A DNA stretch of 63,909 bases, counting the filler, from Octopus bimaculoides (lineage: Eukaryota): the NCBI RefSeq assembly GCF_001194135.2. It is 9 parts of 7 records of this genome, joined end to end, with 100 filler letters (N's around TTAATTAATTAA, not from the genome) between each part and the next. Parts side by side here need not be neighbours in the genome. Positions count along the whole stretch, not along the records: positions 46,273 to 58,055 come from NC_068984.1; positions 58,156 to 61,082 come from NC_068984.1; positions 61,183 to 62,699 come from NC_069006.1; positions 62,800 to 63,909 come from NW_026363689.1; 5 more parts are not named here. The stretch is one strand, 5' to 3'. The position numbers and the translations under genes are program-made. A model generated the notes under the pieces. It did no database searches. It was not told the origin of the DNA and worked only from the letters and a program-made list of their open reading frames with translations. Below are positions 51,571 to 63,909 of the stretch, in pieces; the stretch's first letter is position 1; the number at the start of each line of letters is the position of its first letter.

Positions 51571-52592
51571 GTTGCTGCTACTACTACTTCCTGGCAGAAG
51601 CCAGTGGAATGGCAAAATCGCAAGTCTGGCGGGGAAAAAAAAAATTTAAACGCTAGCGTTATTTCATTACAAGCTTTTAATTTTTTAGTTCAGATTTTGC
51701 CGGTGTCAACTTTACTTTTCATCTTTCCTTTTCCTGAACGATTAGAATTAATTTGCAGTCAAATCTTGAGGACAATTAAATCTGACGAAATTGCAGCGTT
51801 GTGTCAAAACTGAAAGTCATTACTATCTTCTGTTCCAATCTCAAACAGAATATATACCCGAGAAGATTCTGTGAGTAGAGTAAAGAATCTCATTCAGACT
51901 TAATTGGAGAATGAATTGAAAGCGAGCAACCAGGCGGAAGTGGCTAATGTTTACATTATGGTGGTTATTACAACTGTGTATTGATCCACGAAATACCTCA
52001 CCAGATTGGCACGTGTGCTCCTTTGCTAAAATATCTCTCTGTTGCTAACTCCGCTGAAAAATGAGTGATATCAAGATGGCTGACGATACATAAATATGCG
52101 CTGAGAATGCAATGTTTGTACAGAGGCTTATTCAACAACGTCGAGAAGAGGTGGTTGTTATTTATAAGACAAGACTTCCTACGATTCATCTCTTTCATTA
52201 TGGCTTCATTTCTGGACCAATCACAAACTGTGTAATCTTTGGTATCTAGAATCTTTCTAAGCGCTCACTACACCCCTGTTAATGCATGAAACAAGTATCA
52301 ATAGACCGTTTCCACAGTATCTGGCACAAACAAATACGAAAGTCACTGTAAAAGACATCGTTGACAACGTTGATCCATGACTTGCAGTTACTTTTGTAAC
52401 ATTATTAAGGTTAATCGTGAGCGCTCATATCAATTTTTCAGCAATGACACTGGTTGAGCGCCAAATTCTGTATTCTATACTGAGACACTGGAGCGTATCA
52501 GCATCGATTGCAAGGGAACAATTACCAATATGTTTCGATCTGACACTACATTTGGTAAGTATTTCTTTTTCTGGATAAACACTATAAGCGTG

Positions 52593-53256
52593 GGATCTAT
52601 GTTAAAACGGGGGCGCCAGTATTTTCTTAACGAAACACTTTGAAACTTGGGACACTGGTAGAATGTGTCATATAAAACATCTTTTACTCTTAGTCTTCTT
52701 AACAAAAAAAAAAGGAATTCGCAAGTTATTCCATGTTAAAGTTGTCGTATTTCTGTAATTTCAACCAATCACTGACGTCTATTCAGCTGAATAGAGTTAC
52801 TGCTTGGCGGTCATAAAAATGTTATTCCCTGTGACATATTTCATCCGGTTTAATCGTAATTTATACGCATATATTGTTTATATAATAAATTACGCCGTGC
52901 GTATCTGTGTGTGTAACAATTTTAGAGTTCGGATTCTCGAGTTAGGGTTAGTTTTAGGGTTAGGGTTAGGGTTAGGGTTACGGTTAACAGTCTAGTTAGG
53001 GTTAGTGTTAGAGCTAGGGGATTAATACGATATACACCGTTACAGCGCTAACTGTTTTCAACTGAATAGACGTCAGTGATTAGTAGAAATTATCGAAATA
53101 AGACAATTTTTTACATGAAATAAATTCGAATACAAAAATATTTTTCTGTTCTATAACACAAAATAGATAAGTATGCGAAGTTTGAAAGTCTTTCGGTACC
53201 AAAAACACTACATAAAACATAAATGAAAACTGGCGCCCCCGTTTTAAAATAGACCC
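52593..53256. mobile_element. Non-autonomous DNA transposon (664 bp; 28-bp TIRs, 8-bp TSD, GG termini, Merlin-like) with internal (TTAGGG)n
   Basis: TSD TAAGCGTG at 52585-92 and 53257-64; TIRs GGATCTATGTTAAAACGGGGGCGCCAGT / GGGTCTATTTTAAAACGGGGGCGCCAGT (2 mismatches). Confidence 0.85.
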
Positions 53257-53460
53257 TAAGCGTGACCCACATTGGAGCCACTAGTAACTAGATCCGTTCG
53301 AGATAAGCACAATGCCTCAAAAGTTTACAAAATTCAAAATCTTCACTGCTACTTGTACTGGCATCAATGAACTGGGTTAGTCATAGGTCGCCCTCCGTCA
53401 GTCGAACAGTGCGGTCAGTGACAATTCCACGTTAGCAATATATATTAATAAATGTCAAGT

Positions 53461-53650
53461 AAGGCAGCGAGCTGACAGAATTGTTAGCACGCCCTGCAAA
53501 ATATTTAGCGGCATTTCGTTCGTCGTTACGTTCTGAGTTCAAATACCACCGATGTCGATAAAATAATTACCAGTTGAGAAATGGCATTAATGTAATCGAC
53601 TTGCCCTCTCTCCCGAACTTGCTGGGCTTTAACCAAAATTTCAAACCAAT
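53461..53650 (+). mobile_element. SINE S2, diverged
   Basis: Match to S2. Confidence 0.75.
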
Positions 53651-54272
53651 TTGGAACCATTATATAAAGATCAAGTGATGGGTAACAGCGACGACGTTCC
53701 TGTGGAAACTATGCGATGTCGAGGACAAATTACCTCATAATTTTGGGCCTGACACTACTATGGAAAATTTCCCAAAATCCTTGAGCTAGCAATGCTGTCA
53801 AGGTATACTGCCTTTAAGCTAACTTTCCAGGCATTAAGAACCTCGAGATGAGACTTTCTGAGATATGCACAAAGTATCGAAACAGTACAGCATGAACTCT
53901 TGAAGTGTTCGAGAATTGTGGAGTTATGTCGAACCGTTGGTTTCTTTTTTTTAACGTATTTTTCTTTTGCAGTGTTCAGTGTTTAGCATAAGTATGTATG
54001 GAAACCATTTTGGATGAGTGTGTTATGTTAATAAAAATTTTTCAACTTCGTTAAACAAATTTTTTTCTTGTTGTTATCTACCCACGGGTATTGAGAGCAA
54101 GATTTTCTTGAATAATTATGGTTCTTTTTCACAAGTTCTCCAAGGAAAATTTCATTTGGTAACGCTTGAATTAATCATGTCTCGAAGAGAGAAGGAAAAA
54201 AACAAAAACAAAAAAACTAACGACGTCACACTACGAGAATAAACTAAAAACAACCACAAAATAATAGTAGTA

Positions 54273-54324
<52 letters not shown>

Positions 54325-54495
54325 TAAATGTCAAAGAAAGGAAGACGAAGGACAACGAGACATTGAAACAGAACTAGAAATGGAGAATGAATGCGAAACC
54401 AGTGGGTTGGGCAGAATTCAGTCAGGTGTAACAAAACACACACAAATACACACACACACATATATATGTATATGTGTGTGTGAGCGTATATAAAT

Positions 54496-54539
<44 letters not shown>

Positions 54540-54643
54540 NNNNNNNNNNNNNNNNNNNNNNNNNNNNNNNNNNNNNNNNNNNNATATATGTATATTTACT
54601 ATACATATATATGTATATATGCATATAGATATATATGTTTGCA

Positions 54644-54678
<35 letters not shown>

Positions 54679-55713
54679 GACAGATATGTGTGTGTGTATA
54701 CATTTGTATATATATGTATATTTAGACATATATATATCTTTGTATACATGTATGTATGTGTGTTTGTGAGCATGTCTATGTGTGTACATGAATTCATATA
54801 TATACACTGCGGTCGGTACCGTCGAAAAAGTAATCTGAGAAAGGGGAAAAGAGAGAATTTTAAAAAGAGGAAAAAGAAAGAAAAAATAGAAAAGAAACAT
54901 GTATTTGGGTCCAACAATGCAAACTAATATCAAGAAATGAAGTGACCCCCAGCAAAATAGCAGAACGAGAAAATTAGAAAATCCTTGAAATCGCGCAAGC
55001 AAGTGCCAACCTCTGGTTAAAATATTACTGAGCTGCACATAACATAAAACAAGGGCATTTAGTTATATGCTGTAAGCAAAAACCACTATAGGAATACCAT
55101 GCAACATCGGTATTAAATAGCACGTTGAAAATTCACTGAAAAAAATTAATAATAAATACATTGTGAGCTTGATATTATTATTTTCCATGGAGCAAAACAA
55201 TATGTTTGAAGTATAAAACTGGTCTGTCTTTTGGTTAAACAACACCGGTGACAACAGCTCTCACGCATACAGTGTTATTTCCATTTTCTTTTAGAAGGGG
55301 CTGTTTTTACTATTGGAAAATATATTCCAGACGGTTTGAATTTTTTCCCTTTACTATATGTATGTGTGTGTTTTAGTAAAACACGACGATTTTTCGAATT
55401 GGATTCTTTTCCTGGCAAGCAAATTTTAAAAAGCTGTGAAATATGTACATGTGCGTCTTGGTGAAGATATGGTTGCCTGATTCAGTATTTCATTTCGTAA
55501 CAACGGGGTTCTGGTCTCGACACTTATTGTACGGTAGCTTAAGCAAGTGTTGTGTTCTCCCACACCGCCAGATCAACCACTGCTGTATGAGTAATATATA
55601 ATTGTCGGAAACTGTTCAGATTAAGATGTGTGCATGTGTATATCTATGTACACGCATACTTATATATACGAGCTGGTATCAAAAGGTTTCCGGACACACG
55701 TATGCATATTTAC

Positions 55714-55769
<56 letters not shown>

Positions 55770-56431
55770 ATATATATATATATATATATATACATACATA
55801 CATACATACATACATACATACATGCACACATCCAACCATCCCTCTATTCATTCATAAACACATACATGCAAACATACATACACACATGCAACTGTAATAA
55901 CGTAGGAATGCTACTCTACATGCACGTTACCGCCAAATTCTGACTGCTTCAATAGAAAACTCTCTGGCACTCACATCAACCTCTATCCGTGTAAGGAAAA
56001 TGACAATGAGAAAACGCTGTGAAAATTTAACTTGCTTGAGAATGAATTTTGTTGGAGAAAATGAAAGAAGTCAATCATACACGCGGTGTTGAAGTCGATC
56101 ACGTGAAAGGTTGAATATAAACATACCCAACACTACGAAGAGCGGACATAAATATCATACTTCCTTCAATAAATTCTGTTCACAGCAGCAAAATCCAATA
56201 TAACAACAGAGTGGATCGTCTGATTTATTCAGTATTATTTGGAATGAGGGAAACTACGTTTGGTTCTAACACGGGGAGATTGTCAACTAAATCCAAGCCA
56301 AATGATCGAGAAGAAAATGTAATACATCAAATTTGTAATAGATTAAAGACATATCTTTACTTAGCAAAATGGAAAAGGAGGGGATCCAATAGGAAAAAGA
56401 GATAAACGATAGAAATGAGAAAAAAAGTGTG

Positions 56432-56775
56432 TGTTGGCACTCCGTCGCTTACGACGTCGAGGGTTACTGGTGATCCGATCAACAGAACAGCCTGCTCGTG
56501 AAATTAACGTGCAAGTGGCTGAGCACTCCACAGACACGTGTACCCTTAACGTAGTTTTCGGGGATATTCAGTGTGACAACAGAAACAAGAAGTAAGAGTG
56601 AGAGAAAGTTGTAGTGGAAGAGTACAGCAGGGTTCGCCACCATCCCCTGCCGGAGCCTCGTGGAGCTTTTAGGTGTTCTCGCTCAATAAACACTCACAAC
56701 GCCCGGTCTGGGAATCGAAACCGCGATCCTATGACCACTAGTCCGTTGCCCTAACCACTAGGCCATTGCGCCTCC
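56432..56775 (-). mobile_element. tRNA-derived SINE family S3, near full length
   Basis: A-box TGGCCTAGTGG and B-box GGTTTCGATTCC on the minus strand; unique body. Confidence 0.85.
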
Positions 56776-57997
56776 ACGAGGAAAAAAGTATAATATCAAT
56801 AAAAAATATATCTTGGAAGCAATAGAAAGGTTTAAACAAAGCATGGTAACGAAGACATAGTTCTCTTCTTCCGTGCATTTTCTTGCAATCACAAACTTGC
56901 AATTAATGAAGAGGAACTCTAACATCATCTATCTCAACGATCTCAGAAGCTCTACAGTGGTTCTACAGAGGCCAAAGACGGGGCTCTTGACATTCAAACC
57001 AAGTCCATACAAAAGATCTTCTGGATTTTCAGTGCCCAACCTCCATGGCTACTGGTGTTGGTAAGTAGTAACGATGAAGTGACTGCGCGATTTTGCTTCA
57101 GCCATCTTAAGAACAGTCACCGGTGGTCTTGTAGCAGCATCAATAGCTGCCATTTTCTCCATGTCTGTAGTTTGTACCTCAGCAATCCGCTCTTATTGTA
57201 TCTTCTGCTCTCTACTGTTAAGTTCATTATTTCTTATGCTTTTGTATTATTAAGTAGAAAGCTCTCAACTGGTTTCTGTTTCCACTTATTTAGCATTCTA
57301 GCTTTTTACTCCTGGAGCACTGAACTGATCGACCTTCTTTCAACTGGTACGATGGCTGGATACATGCGAGATTCAAGGACAGTAGCTCGCTGTAACTCCA
57401 TCAGTCAGCAACACTCAAATGCTGAACGAGAGAGATGTGTGCAGAACGGTTTTGTCTTCCAGCCTGACGCGCGTCACGAACAGGTCCAGATCACAAGCAT
57501 TATTACTGTGAACGAACAAGAGAAAAAAAACAGCAACTATAGCGACATAAATAACGATAAAATCAATGAAAAACATCTCAGACGAGAAAAGGGGAAAAAA
57601 AAGCACCAATACAACAAAAAACAAGAACATTAACAACGACGATGTTGAGAAAAACATCAATAATAAAATCAACTTTAACAACGACAGCAACAATAGCGAG
57701 ATATAAAGGTTTAGCATTTCGCGCTAACAGGCTAATGATAGTTATTGTAAGTGAAATATCGAATGTTTCGTACATGTTTCGGGAATTAATTTAACACTAC
57801 CTTATCAGTGACAGGAAACAATCAATTGTTCAGTGATATATATACATACATGCACACACTTACACGAAGGACTTCAAGCGCACACACACGCACGCACGCA
57901 CACACACATACACACACACGCACACACAAATATATATATATGTGATATGTGTATATATGCATAGATAGATATAGATAGAATATCTATTTATCTACCC

Positions 57998-58036
<39 letters not shown>

Positions 58037-59399
58037 TATATATATATATATATATNNNNNNNNNNNNNNNNNNNNNNNNNNNNNNNNNNNNNNNNNNNNT
58101 TAATTAATTAANNNNNNNNNNNNNNNNNNNNNNNNNNNNNNNNNNNNNNNNNNNNTATCATATACTGTAAACACGAAAGGATTGAAGATGATGGTGTTCC
58201 ATACGACTATTAAATGTGTCGATCGTTTTCATAGCTAGTGGCACCATTTCATAGGTTTCTATATATGCAAATTATGAAAATCCAAACAATAATTAATTCA
58301 TGGATATGGTTACCGCTTGCCACCTCATCAGACCAGTGGAAGTTAAAGTAGATTTAACCAGCCCGGTCATGTAGAAGTGGTAACGTTGTTCATGAATTGT
58401 TTAATATGGATTGGATTTACGTAAATCGTAAATGTACGCACCATTGTGAGCATGAATGAAATGGCTCCACAAGCTATCGAAACGATCGACACTTTTAATA
58501 AAGATATGGAACACAATCAGCTTAACTCTTTCTTCTGTATGAAAGTCCACTGGATTAAATTAATGCAGATATTGATTCACCTTCTTTGACATTCTGTTAG
58601 GTTTTTTTTTGTATGGAAAGCTGACCGAGGCATTCACCTGAATTTCTTTAATTCCTACTTTCCCTATGTGTGTGTATGTACGTATGTGTTGTGTGCGTAT
58701 TAGCAAGAATAACTTCTAAGTTTTACCTACTGACCTATTGTGGCTCTACAAACTATGTGCAGGCATTTGTATTCGTGTGTAATTATATGCGTAAAATGTA
58801 ATTATATGTGTTTAATGCCAGATACACAAGCGCTCGAGGGTACACAGTTTTAGAGTAGACTTCCGAAATGGCGCTGCATAATCAGTGAATTTGGAGTTAA
58901 TGAGATTATATACTTAGGGTGTTTTGAGTGAGGAGAAATAGAAGTGTGAGTCAATGAGCTTGTAGTGGACAGAGGTGGCAATAACGTTGGAAGCAATTAA
59001 GAAACAAACTGAGTATTAGATGCAGTAAGATCTACAGAATGAACAAGGTTAGTGTGTGACAGTCTTTGGCAAACTGTAGCCTGTGGGACTTTCTGAATAG
59101 CACGTCAACGGAAAAGTACCTCGAATTCTTTAGTAATGCGGATCGCTTGATGATCAGTCATTTCTCGCGTGGGCCATTTCTCGAAAAAGGTTGCCCATGT
59201 CTAGTGTAAGAGATTAAGCTATTGAGTCGATATGGTGGATCCGATGCTATCGTCCTTATAGAGACCTTATAGAGCACTGTCGTCCTTATAGAGCACTTGA
59301 GTTCTCCGATCTCAAGACAGATGCCTCTCCTTTTCTTCTTTCCCTTCCTTTTCTTCTTCTTTTCCCTCCTCATTTTCTTCCTCCACTGATTATGTGAAA

Positions 59400-59640
59400 G
59401 TACCCGCTCTAACATCTCTTAGCACCACATTTTCAATACATTGTATTACACTTCCAACTTATACCACATCTTTCACCTACATCCGTAACTCCGCCTTACA
59501 CAGACCAAACAAGCAGCTCATCTCTTAGCTATTCACACACCACACCATTCACTAGTCTTACGCCTTCTCTGTTTTAGCACATAGCGTCTCACTCTTCAGA
59601 GGTGAAAGCAAACAAAATTCCATGTTGTCCGTTACCAAAA
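59400..59640 (-). mobile_element. Possible old RTE fragment
   Basis: Faint SETW/RMVRW-like traces in broken frames. Confidence 0.35.
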
Positions 59641-60089
59641 AGGCAGTTTGCAGAGCGATAGCTTATCGGTGTAGATCTTTGTTCTCCTGTTAAATCCATT
59701 ATCAAACATGCTCATGAAATATATAGCATTACAAATGAATACAGTGTATCGAGAAAAATCTCTCACAATTTTTCTGGATGCCCAGAAACTGAGTACGATA
59801 TTCATAACACTAAAAATGAAACTTTTTTCAGAATAATAGATGATACTTCATCACAAAAATAATCTGGCAAATAACCTGGGAAATATGTGACGTGCGAAAA
59901 AGTATTCAATAATTATTCAAATCCAGAGAATCGGTATATTGAATGTCACCGACAAAAATCGAATTAACCTTCTAAATAATGATATAACTGTACATAAAAA
60001 TTTCTGTACAAAAATCATTGCTGTCATGTTGGTCTCTGTGATGACGAATATAATAGCAGAGTGAGTATGAAATATAAAAGCTGTCATGG

Positions 60090-60126
<37 letters not shown>

Positions 60127-60429
60127 NNNNNNNNNNNNNNNNNNNNNNNNNNNNNNNNNNNNNNNNNNNNNNNNNNNNNNNNNNNNNNNNNNNNNNNNNN
60201 NNNNNNNNNNNNNNNNNNNNNNNNNNNNNNNNNNNNNNNNNNNNNNNNNNNNNNNNNNNNNNNNNNNNNNNNNNNNNNNNNNNNNNNNNNNNNNNNNNNN
60301 NNNNNNNNNNNNNNNNNNNNNNNNTATATGGTGGTGGTGGTGCTCCAGCATGACCACGGCCGCATGGCTGAGACGAGTAAAAGAGTAAAAGAGTAATATA
60401 CAAGCACACATACAACACCATTTCTGTTA

Positions 60430-60860
60430 CTATCTCTGCTTGGATCAATCCGAAACTAATGCAGATATTACGACCAGAGTTGCCGGAGAAATAGGATCGA
60501 ATTTGTTTTGAGGCAAATTTCTTAACGAATTCCGCGAAATGCTCTGTTCCGCCCATTAACAGAATAGCCTCCATTATTTCCTACAAAAGCTTGCTTTTCA
60601 TAGCTATGAGATATTATTAAAGCTTTTCTTCTATTAAATTGAGGGTTGGAAGAAGGAGGTGGAGAAGAACTGATATCTGTGGCTTTGCGGAGATTGGTAA
60701 AAATCAATTGATCGATTCCATTAACATTGAGCTTCAAACCTTTGTAGGATTACGCCTTCAGGAAAAATTCAAGTCAGCATCGACTTCCATAGAATGGGTA
60801 TCGAAGAAGAAAGGATTGGAGAAAGTGTTTGGTGGGCATGACGTGTGAGAGAGACGAGTG
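60430..60860 (+). mobile_element. Possible old RTE fragment
   Basis: DITTRV..., LFFY*IEGW and VFGGHDV traces resemble the RTE post-RT region. Confidence 0.35.
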
Positions 60861-61404
60861 CATCAAATTAAGTTAGGGAGAGATGGTATACAGCTTGATA
60901 GTTCAGAGGGAAAAAAATTGGTGTAGTAGAAGTAAACGAAGAAGAGAAGAAGAAATTATGTCTGTGAATCGAAATTGTGATATATTGGTGAATGGGCATT
61001 AGCCAATTAGTAGCACGGCATTATTTTCTTTGCTGATTGTGAGTATATCAGCAATGCTTTATATATATATATATATATATATNNNNNNNNNNNNNNNNNN
61101 NNNNNNNNNNNNNNNNNNNNNNNNNNTTAATTAATTAANNNNNNNNNNNNNNNNNNNNNNNNNNNNNNNNNNNNNNNNNNNNACTGAGATAATATTAATA
61201 TATACATAAACTTATATATATATATTATTTAAAAGAGTTCCAACTCTGTCTGTTTTTTATGTTTTATTTATATTCTTATAAAATTAATGTGGGATATAGA
61301 ATATGGAATATATAATATAATATAGATGGTAAAATGAAATGAAGTGTTGAATGTCTTATTGAATATATGAAATATTGAGTACTAAATATACAGAATCAAA
61401 TTTT

Positions 61405-61688
61405 AGTGTGTGTGTGTTGTGTGTGTTGCGTGTGTGTTGCGTGTGTGTTGTGTGTGTGTTGTGTGTGTTGTGTGTGTGTTGTGTGTGTTGTGTGTGCATG
61501 TGTGCCGTGTATGTGTGTGTTTTTGTCCACCACCGCTTGACAACCAGTGTTGGTGTGTTTACGTCTCTCTTATCTAGCGGTTCGACAAAAGTGACGGATA
61601 GAATAAGTCCTGAGGTCGATTCATTCGACTAAAAATTCAAGGCGATGCCCCAGCATGGTCACAGTCTCGAAACTGAAACAAATAAAGG
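61405..61688 (+). mobile_element. SINE S1 3' half preceded by a (GTGTGTGTT)n expansion
   Basis: Match to S1 from ~61500. Confidence 0.75.
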
Positions 61689-62119
61689 ATATAATCTAAA
61701 TGATTACAAGTCAAATACGTTGAATCCCTTCGGCAATCTGAACACAATTTCTAGTCGAATGGCAACAAATATAGATCTTCGTAAAGGACTGCGGCGGCCA
61801 TTTTGTTTGGTTAACATCACGGTTAACAAAATATCATTTTGACAATGTTACCAGTTTATTAAGAGAACATCTTGGATTGCTAAAGGTGTTTTCCAAACGA
61901 CGACAAGGATTTCAATGGGCAAAAATCGCAGAATGTAGGGCAGTTATTATTTTCAACTGAAAATCAAAACAAACAATTTTGCACTCGTTTTCAGCTTTTA
62001 GTCGATTGTAATCGATTTTCAATTTCTTAAACTTTTCCAATTTAGTTTTGTCAATAAACGGAGGTTTTTCCTTTGCCCTTATTCCAGATAAACGTATATA
62101 TAGTTATTGTTCTTTACAA

Positions 62120-62540
62120 GTTTACCGAGGAGAGGAATTGAGAAAGAGGGGGAAGGAGGAAGGAGAGGGGGAGAGAGATGGAGAGATAAGAGAAAGAGGG
62201 GAGGAAGAAAGAGAAAGAAGAAAGTAAGAGAGAGAGAGAGAGAAAAAGAGAAGAGACAGAGATAGACTGGATGAGAGTAAGGAAGACAGATAGGGAAGGA
62301 GAGAGAGAGAGAGAGTGAGAGAGGGAAGAGAAAGAGAGAAAGTGAAAAAGTGAGAGTGAGTAAGAGAGAGAGAGAGAGAAAAAGAGAGAAGGGACTGAGA
62401 AACAAGATAGATAGAAAGAAGTGAAGAAAGAGACATAGAAAGAGAGAGAGAAAGAGAGCGAGAGAGAGAGACTGAGATAGTGGGAGAGAGACAGAGAGAG
62501 AAAGAAAAAGAAAGAGGAGGGAGGGAGGAAGGGCAGAAAG
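62120..62540. repeat. GA-rich polypurine/polypyrimidine tract
   Basis: Direct; source of the Ser/Leu ORFs. Confidence 0.9.
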
Positions 62541-62799
62541 ACATTTTTCTTCTTCAAAATATTGGTTGCGAAACTAATGGAGCGAACTCTGTATCTCATA
62601 ACAACTGGAAATTTTATCATAATTTGATTATAATAATTATAAAATAAATAAATGAATGAAAAACTAACTCCATGAAAATTGTTGGTTTTGTAATGGTTAN
62701 NNNNNNNNNNNNNNNNNNNNNNNNNNNNNNNNNNNNNNNNNNNTTAATTAATTAANNNNNNNNNNNNNNNNNNNNNNNNNNNNNNNNNNNNNNNNNNNN

Positions 62800-62834
<35 letters not shown>

Positions 62835-62859
62835 GCATACATAAATACACATACAGAGA

Positions 62860-62896
62860 TAGATAGATGAATAGATAGATAGACAGATAGATAGAC

Positions 62897-62930
<34 letters not shown>

Positions 62931-62935
62931 GTAGG

Positions 62936-62980
<45 letters not shown>
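62860..62980. repeat. (GATA)n microsatellite
   Basis: Direct tetranucleotide run. Confidence 0.95.
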
Positions 62981-62981
<1 letters not shown>

Positions 62982-63909
62982 CATTTCTTTTATTAGCCAC
63001 ACAGGGCTCAACGAAGATGGGACAAATACAATGTAGAGCTTTTCTTTTTGGGAGGGGGAAGGAAAAAAAAGGGGGGGTCGATCAAAAGGGATCGTAGGAA
63101 GGAAAAGGGGGTAGTTCGTAGATAGATAGATGGGAGGATAGGAAGCGAGATAGTTTGAAAGATAGATACAAATGTGTTTGCACATTAATGCGCATATGTT
63201 TACGAGAATCGGTGAAGAGAGGAAAAGGATGGGGAGCAGAGCTAAATGAAAGGCAACTGGAAAATCAGAGACGAGGAAAATAAAGAACTTAGATATGGTT
63301 AAGAGCATATGTAAGATATATTTTCGGAATATTAATGTTGACGTGTACGCAATAGTAAAAATAAGAGATATTTATATGTATATATACATACATATATATA
63401 TATATATATTTTATTTATTTATTTATTTTATTTATGGGTTTCAGCCAAGTGGCTGTGGTCATGCTGGAGCACCACCGTGATTTTCTGTCTTTATGCTTTG
63501 CTCTCTTCACGTTCCTTGTGTATATATATATATGTATAAATATGTATGCATATATATGCATATATATACATATATATATATTCATATACATATATGCATA
63601 TGTATAGATACAAACATATACACATTCACACATACGCACGCACACACACACACATTCACACACAAATATATATACACATAGTGAAAGACATTGAGGGAGA
63701 CAAGCAGAGACAGAAAGAGCGAGATACATTGGCTGGGTGAAAACGTATTTGGTAAAATAAGGTTGGAGTGGCAGTAAGGAAGATTGGCCGTGTGCCATTT
63801 AAATATAATAGCTAGACTGATTCAAGATGATGCACTCGTGTACTTGTATCTGTTTGTTCTTGACTGTTGATGCATATGCGCATATATATATATATATATA
63901 TATATATGT

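Noticed and set aside
52942-53018. TTAGGG tract as a chromosome end or fusion site
   Set aside because: Short, degenerate and enclosed in a TSD-flanked transposon.
57055-57633. 192-aa plus-strand ORF as a gene
   Set aside because: No recognisable motif, runs into a low-complexity A-rich tail, and the opposite strand looks more coding-like.

Overview
AT-rich, repeat-saturated animal genomic DNA from a gappy draft assembly. Eight TTAATTAATTAA stop-linkers sit inside ~100-nt N gaps, so adjacency across them is unverified. The SINE families look like those of octopus (coleoid cephalopod); this is recognition, not a database result. No intact long ORF is present. The window holds microsatellites, at least four tRNA-type SINE families, and LINE fragments (Tx1/L1-like, R4/Dong-like, HERO-like, RTE). 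It also holds a decayed Tc1 element, two non-autonomous inverted-repeat DNA elements, and a probable host-gene 5' end at ~29.6-36.6 kb (E2F/CCAAT promoter, candidate micro-exons, one good 102-nt coding exon). The ORF track misses two RNA-level signals. First, three unrelated families of type I hammerhead ribozyme motifs lie in Penelope/retrozyme-like repeats; one tandem pair 315 nt apart has a U3-A8 core in place of C3-G8. Second, a 5S rRNA / R4-Dong chimera looks like either a SINE3 or a product of serial template jumping. Coordinates were read by eye, so repeat boundaries are approximate unless a TSD or motif fixes them.
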